Source: Tubulanus polymorphus (Eukaryota > Animalia > Nemertea). Taken from it: a DNA stretch of 64,000 nt. Shown in pieces: positions 1-14,629 of the stretch. The DNA lies in assembly GCF_964204645.1 (NCBI RefSeq), contig NC_134025.1, positions 9,920,001-9,984,000 on the forward strand. Direction: 5' to 3'. A program made the position numbers and the translations under genes. Positions within the stretch are counted from its first letter, which is position 1; every line of letters begins with the position of its first letter. Below the pieces are notes generated by a model. The model searched no databases. It saw only the letters and a list, made by a program, of their open reading frames with translations, and was not told the origin of the DNA.

Positions 1-1960
1 TTGATGAAGACTGGCATTATATTGTTGCTATAGTTACTCTTACCGGGATTAGGACCGGGCCGGTCTTTTGTTACGAGGCGACTTCTTCGCCGCGCGGCAG
101 GGTCCCGGGGAGTTTTTACAAAACAGCGCTTACAACGCAAAAATTTTAATTAGTCTCCGCCAATTCTTATAAGACGACGTGGTTTACGTGAGTCTGGGGA
201 TAAATAACCGCTAATGGGTAGCCCACTGCGCAGCACGGTTTTTGGTTTGCTACGAAGCCTTAACCGGATTTAACAGTAGGATATTCAAACAAATCTTCCA
301 ATTCCAAACGAATTCAAAGGTACATACTTCCTTAGACAATGATGGTTTTAAACGTTGGCTGCGGTTGGCTTTATCCCACCATCTGCCTATCAGAAGCTAA
401 TCGCTAGACAGTGATGACCACTGTTAGTGCTGTGCTTGATGAGCGCGACCAATTACCGCGCACAACAGACGCATCCAGATATATCGACAGATTATCGTCG
501 AAACATCGTCTAATAATTTGTGGGAACTCAATTTCTAAGGCCCCAGACGATGTCTTCACGACCTAATCCTATACACGGGGCCAGTCACCCGCATTAGCTT
601 TCCCACGTTATCTTTGAACTCGCTTTGAATAACAGACTAAGCCATCGCGCTAGACTAAAAAAAATGCCTTCCTATATTTCAGACTCGTTTGTAGCAAGAT
701 TTCCGCACAAAACACGTAGTCATTTATATCTATTTCGAATACGAACGCGGATGCTTGAGTCAATTTCAGATGTGACGACGATTTTAACGGTAATACATCA
801 TCGCATAGCTGCCTTGTATATCAATCAGCAGCCGACGCCGTGTAGTGAAAGCCTTTGTTACAAAGACGCTCTTTAAAAATTTCGAATTTTTAAGAACGAG
901 AAAAAAAATGTAAAGCTCAAAGACGTTCGGCTCGCTTGGCGAACTGTTTTTCCGTTGCGAAATTTAATCGAGGAGAACGATGTAAAGACCGAACGGAATG
1001 CGATTTCCGGTTTCGTGTCTCAAAATGGCGGAGTTCCGCTTTCCTGTATTTTATCGACTGGTTTATGTACAGATTTATCTTTCATTGGAAACTAATAGAA
1101 TCAGGTTTCGAAAAGTCTGGCATCGTCTGAAAGACAATGAAAATTAAATGACTATGTTTCGCTGTAATACGTTTGCGGCTTTGAACCTGCGCGAGCTCGA
1201 TAAACGGGTACCATTGCTCTACAAATTCTTTGAGAATTTCAAGGTTATTTCTATGAAATTATGTTTTCCACTCCACACTCCTAACTTCAATGTTCTATTT
1301 GCCAGGTAACGCATTATGTGCGAATAAGCTGTAGGAGTTTTGCGTACTACTAATTGCATTCGTAATTTTATATTGGATAATCCTATCCCGCAAAGGACCC
1401 TCTTGGTAACATAGTGCCGCTCGAAAACGTTTTAGAACGCGTGTACAGTTTTAAGCGAATAAAGTGAATTTTCCTAAGCAATCGCTTGAAAAGCCTTTCC
1501 CCGGGTGTTGCCGGGAGCTATATAGTCGACGATGCTGAGCCAAATCTTCGACGGGATCCGGTTTCACGCTGTCTGCAGCTTTTGCATTCTGATTAAAAGA
1601 AAGTTCGCAAAAAGCGGGTGTTTGCGCCGCTGAAGTGCGAAGATGGCACACTGGTCACAAACAACATGCAGGCCTTAACAACGCGTGCTACGAGCTCATT
1701 ATATCACGCGTGCCAAATAAAGCGCACATACTCAAAAGACATGCCGTTTATGAATACTTTATGGTTTGGCTGAACCGGTCCGGCGCACGCAATGATTTCT
1801 CCAAAATTCTCCCGGCAACCAGTTTAAACCGTTCGATCTATACATCTAATGAATGTGGTCATTCAACAACGGACGCGATTATATCATCACTTAATATACA
1901 CCATCAACACAATTGTGTCCCCCACAGAGTTTCATTTAACACGTATTAGCATGTTTCGTT

Positions 1961-2338
1961 TTTTGACGCCGTAAAAACCGTTACAATAATGCTCATACAT
2001 TGATACTTAATCGCGTTCCGCGTGAGTCGATGTGCATTACGCCATCGATATTGGCGTTTCAAAATAACTATTGCAATTGTGAATTGGGAGTTTATTGAAA
2101 TATATTTCATAACTCTAATTCTATTTTTGATAAGTTTTTGATTATTGCTTTTTGAGAGGCTGTGCTCTACGTTATCAATATATCGGCGCTAGACTAGTTG
2201 CCGGTCAATTCAATTCAATTATCAAATCCAAAATAACTTTATTGATCCTTAGTATAAAATGATTTATATCATGTCATTTATATAACAATACTAAGCAATA
2301 TATGTCTTATTTTTCAAGGCGTCTATAAACTTTCAAGT
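1961..2338 (+). repeat. Dispersed ~380-420 bp repeat, copy 1 of 3
   Basis: Shared collinear blocks ttgacgccgtaaaaaccgt / gtgagtcgatgtgca / attggcgtttcaaaata / gttgccg(g/a)tcaattcaattcaat / ctttcaagt with the copies at 27181 and 55411. Confidence 0.85.
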
Positions 2339-5300
2339 AAGCTTTCTCTTTTTCAATAGTTTTCACTCGCCGTCATCTACGTTTTTTTCCTAAACGGACG
2401 AACATTATACTAACAATGACTACGTCAAATCGCGCACAAATCATTCTCAACTCCTTAAGATGATCGCCGACAAAGATGTCCGAAACTGTTCTGGCACGAG
2501 GCTCCTGTTTGAGTCCAATTCATAAGCTGACTTCGACAAGATTGGATTTGTGCAATAAATTTTCATTTAATTGACATAGCGCGTTTAAGAAAACGACCGG
2601 ATTATCTATGGACGGTGTCGGCGATCTATGCGCATTAGCATCACCGGATTTGAACTGGCCACACGACACCTCGAGACTATTAGGGCAATTAAGATGATGG
2701 ACGGGGATTAGAAATAGTGATTATAATGGCCCCTCAAAGCGTAGAGATGGTTGGCATCCGGTAGTTGGCTGACGCATCAGGATCGCCATCATTGCTGGTT
2801 AAGAAGCTGCGAATCGTTACAGGTCGGAGATGTCATATCTCGAACGGAATGATTTAATAGTATAGTATTCATCATCGATACTGTAATATCAGTGACATTT
2901 TATTCGTGTCCACAACTGAGGTTCATCGTTAAGGCCTAGTTTGTGACAAACGTATATTTTTTCGCCCAATAAAAGTAGGTCAAAAAGAGCTACGCGTAAA
3001 TACGAAATGACCTGCGCAGCGGGCGACGACACCAAAGAAAATTGACAATCGGGTGTCGTGAAAAATGTAATTTTGCCACCGAAATGGATTTTGCATAGCA
3101 GATGTTCAATAACGCAACAGAAGCAATAAAAAAACTCAGTTCCCACAGCTGCATCGAGCTGTCCGCCTCACACTCGTGTTGCGTTGTAGACTCGCTGCCA
3201 GTTTAAGCATGGCACGTATAGATAAAAATACAATTTTACGTCGACGGAAGAAACGCCGAAAAATAGCAACCATATGGTCCTCTTCGCACTTCCAACCGGG
3301 CATACATACAACTAGATCATAATAGCCCTTGACGGCCAAAGAGTTTGACTGGAGGAACAGGTACCTGGGGAACTATACCCCGCCTACGCCCATGGCGGGA
3401 TCCGAGCACCAGGTGCAGACGAAGCCTGATACCCGAAACATCGAGATTTTTCCCTTTCTATGAATCTTTCATTTTTTTTTCTCTTGAAATAAAAGAATTA
3501 TGTGATAAAGAGAACTAGTTCACGGCAGAACGGGTACAAATTACGCGCGCATACAAAAGTTGCTTTAAGACATTTGACAAGCCCGTCTTGTACGAATGGA
3601 AAAAACGTTCGCTATTATTTGGATGAGGACTCTCTATCAAGAATCTGTGAGAAGATTTAAACGGGCCACATCATCTTTCTTCGTAGCCTGACCTGCACCT
3701 GTTCTGCTCGCCGAAGCTGACAATGGAGTAGTTCTTTTTTGATATTCCTAGCCGGGTAACGTGTCGATGGCTCTTCGGGTAGCTTTTCACGGCGTCGAGA
3801 TAGGCCTCATACATGTTTAATTACGAGCGATAAGAACTGTCACAAATCACCTTATCATAAGCGACCATCGCGTGAACGCCAATCACATATTTGCCTAACG
3901 CTCGGCTGCATCCGACTGAACCCTCTTGACACAACAAGGATCTCAATTAATAACCATAGTTAACCCGCAGATGAAGCTATCATAATTCAAGGAGCTGGAG
4001 ACAAACTACTTCGTAGTTTACGACGTGCACGCGCACCTGGTTGGCGAAATTTTGGCATAGCTACTAAAGACATAATCGAGAAGGCAACGACGCTAAATCC
4101 TTCGAGACTGATAGTTTGCATAATTCATGAATTTAAAATATTGCATCTAGAAATTGTAATTTGAAATGCAAACGTGGCAATTCTGTACTGTAAACGATGC
4201 ATAAGTTAGAATAATGCGGATGCAGAGATTAACACTTCCACCCTGGCTCAGGAGGACTATTTTTCATACATCATTATGTCAAAGATAGTGACAACGTAAT
4301 GCCCGCTGTCCAAATTTCACTGTCAAACAATGAACCCAGATCGAAGGTATTCACGCAGGAAATTAGTCATGTTCAAAAGAAAAAAACTATTCGCCTTAGA
4401 CGAGCAGCAGTGTCGTTTGATTGTTTTAGTGACTAGACGACAGAAAATATCGACGAGATAACGCGATGAATAGAGTGATGGACAACGTGCAGCGTAGCAT
4501 GAACGACAAGATAGTTTAACTACGTGTTACGACATCAGGATTCTGCTACAGTGATTTTCATTATCGCCTAGTTATCTCTAATGAGGAGCATCTCTATTCA
4601 TTTTACTTTCTTTATGTCTATCTATACATCAAGGAGAAGGGGTATATACAGCATTTCCAAAAAATGTGCCAAATCTGTTCGGCGCTGATACAATAGAAGT
4701 ATCTGCGTTGTCTGTCTTCTGCTTTTTATTGTCAGCTAGACAATGCAGCACCCTCGTACAAAACCCAAGGGTTCAACAAGCAAACATTCTGACATTTATT
4801 CTGAATTTACTTTCCATCGTGTCTAGGGCTCCGGTACGTTCGTTCGTGTGTCGTACGCGCGAGTCGAGCCGTCGTGCGGTTCGGATTCCATCCGAGAGAG
4901 TGAGAAGATGAGTGCGGAGAACAATGTTCACTCGGCCACAACAGACTGATCTTATGTCAACGACAGATGACAGTTGTCTGCGCTTCATGACGCAATCAAC
5001 GTTACGCGGGCAATTATACGCCGTCGGGAATTCGAACTTCATTATATTTCAAAAAAGTTTTCGCGAAAAGAAAGACAATTTCGCCTCCTTGAAATAAACG
5101 CCACTTCAATTAGACTTCGCGTATCGGTGAAAACAGATTGAGCAAACGGGATGCGCCTCGTGTTTCAGAACGGATGCGAGACTGTTGAGTCTATTGTGCC
5201 GGCGAAACCCAGAAATCCGTTTCGAAGCGAACACGGCGACCTGCCGACACGAAAAACCGATTGAAAAAACCTCGCCGACTTTATTTAATTACTCCAAATA

Positions 5301-6645
5301 GTTTCAAATCTTCGATGCCGATGAAAGGAACCATTATGTTACACAAAACACTATCATTCTAGCCGACTGATTACACGTGGTTATAAAGGATAATTGCCCT
5401 CTTAATAATTTTCCAAATAATTAGAGTCATGTTTTCAGTCTCATTGGTAACGTGAGGAGCCTGCTCTTCGTCTTTGTCAACTTGACGCTTCTTCTTTCAT
5501 AATTTCCAACTAGAGTCAAATATTGATTGAGTACCTAGAAACTATACCCACGGCAAGTTTCGATCGTAGGATGAACTGGTTTTGACCATGGACTTTAAGT
5601 CGAAGAACGAAAATGCTTTAGAGTCCATTTTTTTCAGCGGTCAAATGTATCTAAACATTCAATGAATTATCATTCGAAATTCGAAAAAGGACGTTTTTGC
5701 TATAAACCTGGATAAACAGATTCCCACTGCGTGAAGAATTCTGATCAGTAAACGGGTCTCGTGCTCGGCAGCGCCTATGTATATACCCCTCATATTCATT
5801 ATTACTACATCGATCCCTGAAATGACTGTAAAAACGCATACCCCCAATAAATAGAAAATATGTTATGTACACAAATTGTATAGAAATGGATGTGATAAAC
5901 ATCGATATAAGGTGCTAAGGTATTGCAGTGCCAATGAAAATCATTCTTCGCCATATCTGTGCGTATGAAAATGGTTATACGTTCATAAATTAGGTCTCTA
6001 ATCTACCGGCGTACAGCTCCATTCCCGAGAGCACGTCAACTCCGCTAAACGCACCAAAACCAGCTCGATGGCATATGGCCGGCACTTGAGAAAGATTCTC
6101 ATTACGATTTATTAGTAAATGGCACTCCAATATCGTTGATTTTTTTCCACAACGCCTGATTAATTCTAACGATATTAAAGTCTTCGGTTGGCGCTGTATT
6201 AGATTTTTGCGGCAGCTGCATACTTCGGTCGTTTAGATAACTACCCCGGGAGACGAACGACCCACGAGCGCGTTTCAATTCGTAAATTGTCTTGGAAAAC
6301 ATTTTGAGATTTAACGAAGTTGATTAGCTTCTGGTCAAGTGGGTGGCTCATTGCATGCCCCATTTTGCAATGATTTCCACCGAAATCAAGCGAACGACTT
6401 TGTAAAACTGTCATAATTACCTAAAGCTTTACCGTCTAAAGCTTACTGCTGTTGTTTCCTACACTTTTAGGACTTAAAACGATGAAAAGAAATTACGAAA
6501 GTAGAAGTTCGAAGCGCTCCTGAGTAATTTTCCAAATATATGATTCTTTAATTGAAGAATTTGGCAAAAATTAATCCGGACAATAACATTCATCATTCAG
6601 AAAGAAAATTGGAGCCATCTATCACAAGCCGCGATCAAACGAGCA

Positions 6646-6920
6646 TTTTGGCCCATGCAACATTTGGCCCGGAACAACTGTTCACACGGGCGCCTATTTG
6701 GCCCGGGCCATATTTGGCCCGACTGAAATCGTCAGACCAAGCCCGAGCCATTTTTAGTACGTGTTTATTGCAACTGGTTCCGGAAGTGATTCACTTCGCT
6801 TTGTTTAAGCATTATTAAGTATCGAATGAGTGGCTTACGTGTGAACGCACTCTCTGATAACGCAGCGGCCAAATTCGACTCGGGCCTGATCCGTGCCAGT
6901 TTGGCCCGGGTCAAATCTTC
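6646..6920. mobile_element. MITE-like relic with repeated TTTGGCCC(G) motifs
   Basis: tttggccc occurs four times in 6646-6721 and again at ~6900. Inverted gttcacacg (6680) and cgtgtgaac (6838) pair. Confidence 0.5.
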
Positions 6921-9900
6921 ACCGTGTGATCGTGTGATCGCAGCCACACCGAAATGAAACCTGTTTGCTGAAAACGTCAAATGTCAATGAATATGATGAG
7001 CGTGTTTGACGTACATAGGACCAGATAATTGGCACACACGTTTTATTACACATCATATCGTCTTCATCAACGCGATTCTGACAATCATATCTTGCAGCTG
7101 TTACGACGCGTTTGAGATGGACGATGCTATTCAATTCGAAACGAAGAACGAGTTCGAAGAGTCAAAAAGCTGACACCGCCGGCTATGAAAAGTTTCTGGT
7201 CACGTGTTTTCGAATAGCGGTCAAAGAATCGAACTTCATCAGCAATGTTCGGCAATTTCCGGAATATCACAGTAGATTTGAATCATGTTTACTTTTCACC
7301 TTTTATGAGCAGGTCATAGATAGAAGTTAAGTTTATTTAATTCTTACATTATCACATCACAAACCATGTCCACGCGAACCCACGAAAACCTTTATCAAGT
7401 ACCTTTATCAATGATTCTCCCTTTCGAAGATTCGATATTTACTTCATAAAATGACATATTTTACGAAAAAGGCAAAAACGGATATGTGAGGAGCGAACCT
7501 AAATAGTCTACACCCAACGCCTCATAGAATGTCTAATGACAATAATCTTTAACTAAGCCGGCCATTGAGTCTTTGTTTCTATTCGCCGTTTTTGGCGAAT
7601 GAGAAAGCATTTTTGGAATCAAGAGAGTAAGATTAAAGATAACCCGCAACCGGTCAAAGGATGATAAGATTTATATCAGTAAATTTTGTAACTGTCTTCT
7701 TTAAAAATCTCTTCGGTAAGGCTTTAATCCTCTCAAACAGATAGAAACGCGAGACGAACTTGGCAGAGATTAATACCTCGGTTGTCAAAATGTGTATCTA
7801 ATGTAACGGATTAGTCGATTTTTTATCAATTAAATCCGACGCTAACAACTTTATCAATCACCTCGCCGAGTCATGAATTTTGAATCAACAAACAATCAAC
7901 GGCTCGTGAAAACAGCGATCTTTACATAGAAAAAACATCATATCCGAATAGAATGGCGATGGCAGATTTTTCTCGGCGATGGCAGGCCTACACCTGCGCG
8001 CGTTTAAAAGAGCCGGCATTTAAAAAGTACCGAGAGGTGCATCGTGATTAATGACAATCTTATGGGACGCTTCGACATTCCGTAGACAAAGCCCTGGTCT
8101 GTGATAACAAGAAAACTAAAAAGCATCCCGGCCGCGTTAAAGATCCAATTTTAATCCAAAAAAAATCAGCATATTTTTAATCTTCTCGCGATTCGCTTTC
8201 GAGTTAATTGCCTTTGCGCGCTACTATCTCCAGCTACTTGGCTTTTGTTTCTATTCGCGTTTATCGCCGAACGAGAAAGTCATTTTATTTCTTTTTTTTA
8301 ATACTCGATTGGGTGTTTGAAGTTCTGTATCGTCGGGAAGTTTATCATTTATAAGCCGGCCGCCAGGAGCGGCGACACATTCCGAATGTTTGTTCAGTAT
8401 ATTAGATTCTTGTTTCAAAATACCGACATCGCGCATCGTCGACGTTCGAAAACTCAAATAGTTATCGAATCATAAACGAACTGAATTTTCAATTAAGTGT
8501 GAAACTCCCAGTGTGAAAATTATGACATAGCAAATAGACTTTGGGTGAAAAGTAGAATTGCGAGATGACTTTTTCCAAAATTGTAGTAAGCGAATTTCTG
8601 AATTGTTTAATTCTTCTTTCATAGAATTAGCTTTCGGCAATTACGTACCAACATTATTTACTTGCTCACCTTTTTTTCTTCACGAAACTCGTGCATAAGA
8701 CAATAACCAGCTCTCCGCTACCAATTCGATTGCCAAGTCAATAACATAACGCACGCCCTGCAAATGTCGCTTGCTTAGGTCCAGTTGTGAATGGGATTCG
8801 AAATTGAACTTTGCCTCTAATACCAGGAAGCCATAGAATTTATTGCCTCTGAAATGTACTGCTACAGATTTACTGTCACTTCGTATTTTACTCACGGGAC
8901 CACGACGGATTGAGTTTAAAGCAACGTGTAAACATCTCGAGGAGCTTATCTATTCCGAGGGCATGCGCTGCCCTGATTCAAATTTATAAATCAACTCGTA
9001 AAAAAAACCTATCCCAGTTACATCTCGACGTGTTGAACAAACTAAAATCGTCGTCAGTTTTTTTTTCCTCCCAAATTAGATCTCCGCTACTTCCACAGTA
9101 TGAAGATGGCTGCTAATGACAGTCGAGTCTTTGTGACAGCAGCTATATATAACTACAAAGAAATGCTAAGGAGACGCATGCCAAACGCACATAAGGTCGT
9201 GACCCGCGGTCACGAGCCTTTATGTTTAATTTCGAACTTACTTTTAGACAAAAAGAAAAAGGCAGCAGCAAAAACAAGACACAAGGCGCCATTATGAAGA
9301 GAAGATGTTACTATCACCTTTAGATTACATTGACGCCTAAGTCGATGGAGTTAAGGTTTTTTTCATTATATGTAGAAAATGAGTATTGGGCCATTTTACA
9401 AATAAAAATTTCATCAAATATGAAAGGGCTCTGCTCATAATCTTCTAAGAAAAATGAGGTCGTAGTCAATCAATGAAATTACTGAATGAACGTGTTCGCT
9501 GATTATCTAAGCCTTTATTTTCAAATACTTACATCGAATAAAACTGTGTGAATGAAAACTGAACGGCTACTAAATCCACGAAAGAATTGAAATAAGAAAC
9601 GGTTGTTTAATGAGTAAATCCTATCGTTTCGCGATAAATCGCGGACCGACCTATATCCTCGCGTAACGAACATTAAATCCAACGAAGGAGAATATTCCAG
9701 CTGACCGAAAAGATATTCGGAGATGGCGCACAGCGAACTGGCCGGACCCAGATGGCGTCACTCGTATACGACGACTCTCCGACGCTTTGTGAGATTCCGG
9801 ACGGCGATCACTTTTGTCTGGTCACTGAAAAACATAATTATCAAAGACCCTCGGTGACATCCGCTCGAACAACAATTTTTGCGCCTTGTACTCCGCTATC

Positions 9901-11858
9901 GGACGCAGTCGTTCTTACATTGTCGATCCGTGCGTGCAAAATGTATATACAAAAGGAGTAAACACGTTTAGATGATGATCTGTTATGTATTTGCGTTAGA
10001 TGCATTTTTTCAGTGCATTATGCTTTTGATAGATAATGCACGCGTCTTGCGCGTATGCAATTCGGAAAAGATTCGGATTTTTTTTCATTTATCGTATCTT
10101 TTTCCGCAGATCAAATTGCTAATTTCTTTGTTCTAAATGGATGTTCTGTATATATATATATATAATAAGTAACGATAATCCCTATCTAATATTAGATTAT
10201 CAAGATTAGATCGTTTTTCCAAACTTACCTCCCAGCCCTAAGCGAGTCCCCTTTAAAGTGATGTCGTATACGAGCGCCGCTCGTCTTCTATCAACGCTAG
10301 CCTTTTATCATCTAAACGGTGGGGTCGCGCCTTCTTGACACCGAAATGGTATCCATGTGGCCATTATGACCCGATAGAGAACCCGGAAAATTTCGATTTT
10401 AGTAGACTACTAATCATTTTCATATACGAACGAAGGCTCGTGATTGGTCCTTCGCATCGTGACGTCGGGAATTCTGCCGTCTCGTTCGAAATAAGACCCG
10501 AACTGCGGCGATGGTTGGCTATTTTTGAAACGCGGGAATAATGAATCGCGCTACGAGGGAAAACATGACGCTAAAGAAAAATAAACGATACCGTTATAGT
10601 GAAACAAATTAAATGCAATGGGCGAACTAAGGCTAATACACTCATTCTCGTGAAAACATTTTCATAAAACGTCGCGAATTCATCCCCCATCGGAAGAAGG
10701 ATTGGACCCTTGAGATTTCACACATGCTTTAAATCTGTGCAGTTATCTGAATTATTTATGTTTTTGGGAAAATGGATTTTATTACGTAATAGGACGAGGA
10801 AATAAATCGCCATTTCTTTCAATCATTTCGTCAACGTTAACGCGTCACTGTTTCGACTGTTACTCGAAATCGGCAAGAATGGCGGCACTCCACGAGGTTA
10901 AATCTCAGTTGGGTAAACGCACGAACAATACTCGCGTATAAAAACATAACAACCGAAAGATCCTTTGTGGTTGACACGCTCGCTTTTTTCTACAACACCG
11001 AACGAACAGCCGCCACGGAGCAGTACGTGCCGATCCGAGTAACGACGCGAACGGGATTTCGTTTGGAGGTTTATACGGCGGAATCGTATATTCACAAAAT
11101 CTAAAAGGGCAACACGAAGAAATGAAGAAAATCCCCCGAATGGTGTCCGTATGCGGCGTATAGATTGCTTTGGGAGGTCGTCACTATTGAAACCGGCTCA
11201 TGAGCTCGTAATTGAATCGATTAGCCGCAACATTTTCGAAATTTGCCGTGCCAGCATTATTTCGAGGAAAAAAAATAAAGCGCCTCAGGGATATATTTTT
11301 TCTATCCTTATTTCCATTTAGCTGCCTAAAAGACCTCCTTAGTAATTACACGAGGGACTTAATGAAATTACAGCGTTGCTCTCTTCAAGACTATGAAAGT
11401 AGTCGACGCTTTGTAAAAAAGCTTTCATTAGAAATATGTAATTGTAAAAGAATTAACGCATGTTTGATGAAAAATTGCCTGCCTCAAAACTTTTTCTTTT
11501 TAATTCAAGCTTGAAGTAATCATCCTGACGAAATAGTTACTCCGGGATACAACCTTGCCATATTGATAATGTTTCAGAATATTTCAAATCAAATAGATTT
11601 TTGCCATTATTCGCCTGAAAAGATATGTCCATTTGTATAAAGCTTGCAGAGTTGTAACAAAAGATCCTTGGTCACTGTATCGAAAACGATAATGTTTAAC
11701 CTGTCCTAAAATTCACCACGACGTCTTCGAGCTAAGATGGCATTCAAGCCAATATGATTCTATATCTGCACAACTTGGACTCTAGGATTTTACTGTATAT
11801 TTCAGCCTCTACAGTGTATCATAGTTACGATAACTGAATCTCAAAGACAACTATAGAA

Positions 11859-11970
11859 CTGGACCCATTTCCACAGTTGTGAGTTAAGATTTGACCCAGG
11901 AGTAGCACTGATAATGAACTGATTTTCACCCTGAGTTAACTTTAACCCAGGACTGTGAAACTGGATCCTG
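11859..11970. mobile_element. MITE with ~19-bp imperfect TIRs
   Basis: ctggacccatttccacagt ... actgtgaaactggatcctg, with internal inverted gagttaa/ttaac motifs. Confidence 0.7.
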
Positions 11971-12064
11971 GATACTTCATGGTGACGTGAGCTTTGCTAG
12001 AAACATGAAAAAGTCAACAAAATTAAAAGTTGAAAATCTGAAAGCACAAGGCTGATCACGAGCT

Positions 12065-12157
12065 TATATAAAAGCCCAGCTTAGCATGTGGGTCATTGAC
12101 GCATCCATAACAATATTGAACAGCACCATGTTATTGGAATCACATTGTGCCGTTCAG
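12065..12157 (+). promoter_or_regulatory. TATA+Inr core promoter with a short first exon
   Basis: TATATAAAAG at 12065, TCATT Inr with its A at 12095 (30 nt spacing), caccATG at 12128, donor CAG|gtagag after 12157. Confidence 0.4.
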
Positions 12158-13596
12158 GTAGAGAGCTTCATAAAATCCCCTGGTATCGCTAGATTCCCAC
12201 GATAGTACCTTATTAACCACTGATTTTGTTTATTGGTTATAAATCGAATCACTAGGTAATTTGATGATGTCGTATGGGAATCTACCGAGGCAGCTGTCAA
12301 TTCTGAGAATGTCTCATTCTCGTTGTACTATTCATACTTCATTCATACAATACGCGAGGATGCCAGGAAAAAGATTCTAGACTTTTTTTTAGTTTATCAT
12401 TTCAACTGATAATTTTTCAAATCAAATACGAATTCAATACCTTTACAGGGATTTGCATTGAATGCGTGATTTTGATTAAGCATACTTTAAATCTCCATGC
12501 GTGGTCACACATATCAGGTTAACGCCGAGAAATATAGATGAATGGATTATTAGAAATTTGCCCGTGTAGTCTGTGCAACGTTATAGTCTTTTTTTTCATT
12601 CCTTCGTAAAAGTTAATCTTTCGTCGAGAAATCTGATCATTGAGGATTAAGCCGATATACGGTTTTTTGAATTTTTCCCTTAAATTTACATTGTCGTCGC
12701 CGTACTGCTGAAATACCCGATACACGTCATTAGACTTATAAGCTTTTCAAAAAAAATGTATCATCATTTTCATTTCTTTGCGGGAGAGAGTCCGAAACAA
12801 AAGATGAAACGTCTGCCTAAAGCAATGCGGATTTACAATTTTTGCAAATGTGTTTTCTTCAAAATTTCTTCATTAGCAAATAGGAGGTGTACGGTTACGA
12901 ATGATGCGAGCTTTTCGAATTACTGGAATAAAATGAAATATATGTTTTTTTATTCGCCGATATGGTTTTTAACGAGAAGAGTATTCCAGGCGATAAGCTT
13001 TTCGGATCCCATTATTGTTACCATAAACTGAAAGCGCCAACGCGTCCTGCGCTCGCAGTTGTAAACACGTGATTTACTTTTTAAATGCCTCGTGAAATTT
13101 TAGCCGAAGCAAACAACGTTTCATTCTTCGACGAACGACTCACTGTCGTCTGTCAACCGATGCAGCGAACGACCAATCGGAGAAGTTTTTCAAGTCTACA
13201 ATGCCCCGCCCACAAAAAACACGTGCCGGCGCACGGAAGAGCGCGAAAAACTTATGGAATAACTGAAGAATTCACCAAGTTAAGAAACCCCCCCCCCACA
13301 AGTCTGAACAGAACTGTAGTAATATGTCGATATACGGTTATGATAGTAAGAAATCCACATCTGCACGTCCAAGGTCATAAATACTTGGACCAGGCCACCG
13401 AAAAATGTGCTTGAATATGAAGTCGCAACAGGTGGAAATTTGCTTAATTTTTTTTACCCGGAATCCTTTGTATGTCCGGCATGCTGCAAATACCACTGTT
13501 AAATGAATCAGATAAAGTCAAAGAGGTTGATTAGATAGATAGATAATCTGAGTGGATAAGCTCGTTCTGACACATTCTACACCAGCTTAGTTTTCA

Positions 13597-13775
13597 TACT
13601 AACGTGTTATCCCTTGCAGGACAGGCGTATCGATACAAGGGCATCGTTAAAAAGAATTTAAGATAAAGGCTTGTAATATTTTTCAACTTTTTCACACCGT
13701 TAAACAATGATATCGTGACCAACATCTGCCGATATTTTCAATCGTATCTAGAATTTGGCTTTAGTCCATTTAAAG
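13597..13775 (+). other. Strong branch point and 3' splice site followed by a probably non-coding exon (13620-13775)
   Basis: Perfect TACTAAC at 13597-13603, then gtgttatcccttgcag|. Stops occur early in all frames. Possible donor AAG|gtaggt at 13776. Confidence 0.4.
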
Positions 13776-14629
13776 GTAGGTTCCGTGTACGTTATGTCCA
13801 GAAAAAAATCCAGATCACATTCCACAGCTTTTTAAACCTAAATTACTGAAACGTTGAGCTGCAAGACTCTCTTGTCGTAAGTTTCATGCGTAAGGCGAAC
13901 GTGAAAAGTACCATTCAACACCTGATAAACCGAAGCCTAGACGCAGCGCACGCGCGCCTTTTCGTGACCCTCGTTTTTGCCCTACAAATAAACAAACGCT
14001 ACTCGAATCCAGGTTCAAATTGCCGCATCACAACATGTCTTTGTCCACGTAGCAAACGACGGTTATTTTCAAATAAATCGTTTATTTCAAGCACGTTTTC
14101 CTCGCATACGCGGCTGAAGTCACGATTAAGCTTATTTCTTCGTACATAAGTTTATCTGCTTTGTAATACATATACGCGATGTCGGGAAACTTCAATCGTG
14201 AGGGTCAAACTGCAGTATTTTTAAGGCTATTATGCTTCATATAAAGAAAACCGAGCGAGACAGATGTCTCGGTTGCTTTCATGACATTTTCACAAGAATG
14301 GCTACCCGGGCATAAACATGGCCCAGTTAAAAATGCGTCTTTCAACAAAAAGTTTTAGTTAAAAATGCCGTTACGCAAGTGCACCTTGGGAATGCAAAGT
14401 TTTCTGATTGTGTACAGGTATTGCGGTTTGAAAAGCGCGCTTTTCTCCGCAGTTTTGGAGCTTTTAGCGGCGCCCGTTTTGCGCAAAACCTTCCGAAACG
14501 CCGATAAAGCGCACAGACAAGCCGTCGCAAAAAGGTTAACTAAAAATAGTTAGCGTTAATATTAGCAACGCCTTAATTAATTGTTCGAACAGCGAAGATA
14601 TGTCGATTTTACCGACGCCATCTTCAGAC

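Noticed and set aside
30-120. Twister-ribozyme-like core on the minus strand (CCGGTCCTAATCCCGG..GAG)
   Set aside because: AAGC is changed to AATC and no P2 or P1 partner strands could be formed. At best it is a dead relic; an Rfam scan would settle it.
13620-13666. GQAYRYKGIVK resembling a CSD start (duplicated lin-28 exon?)
   Set aside because: There is no WFN and a stop follows within five codons, so it is likely coincidence.
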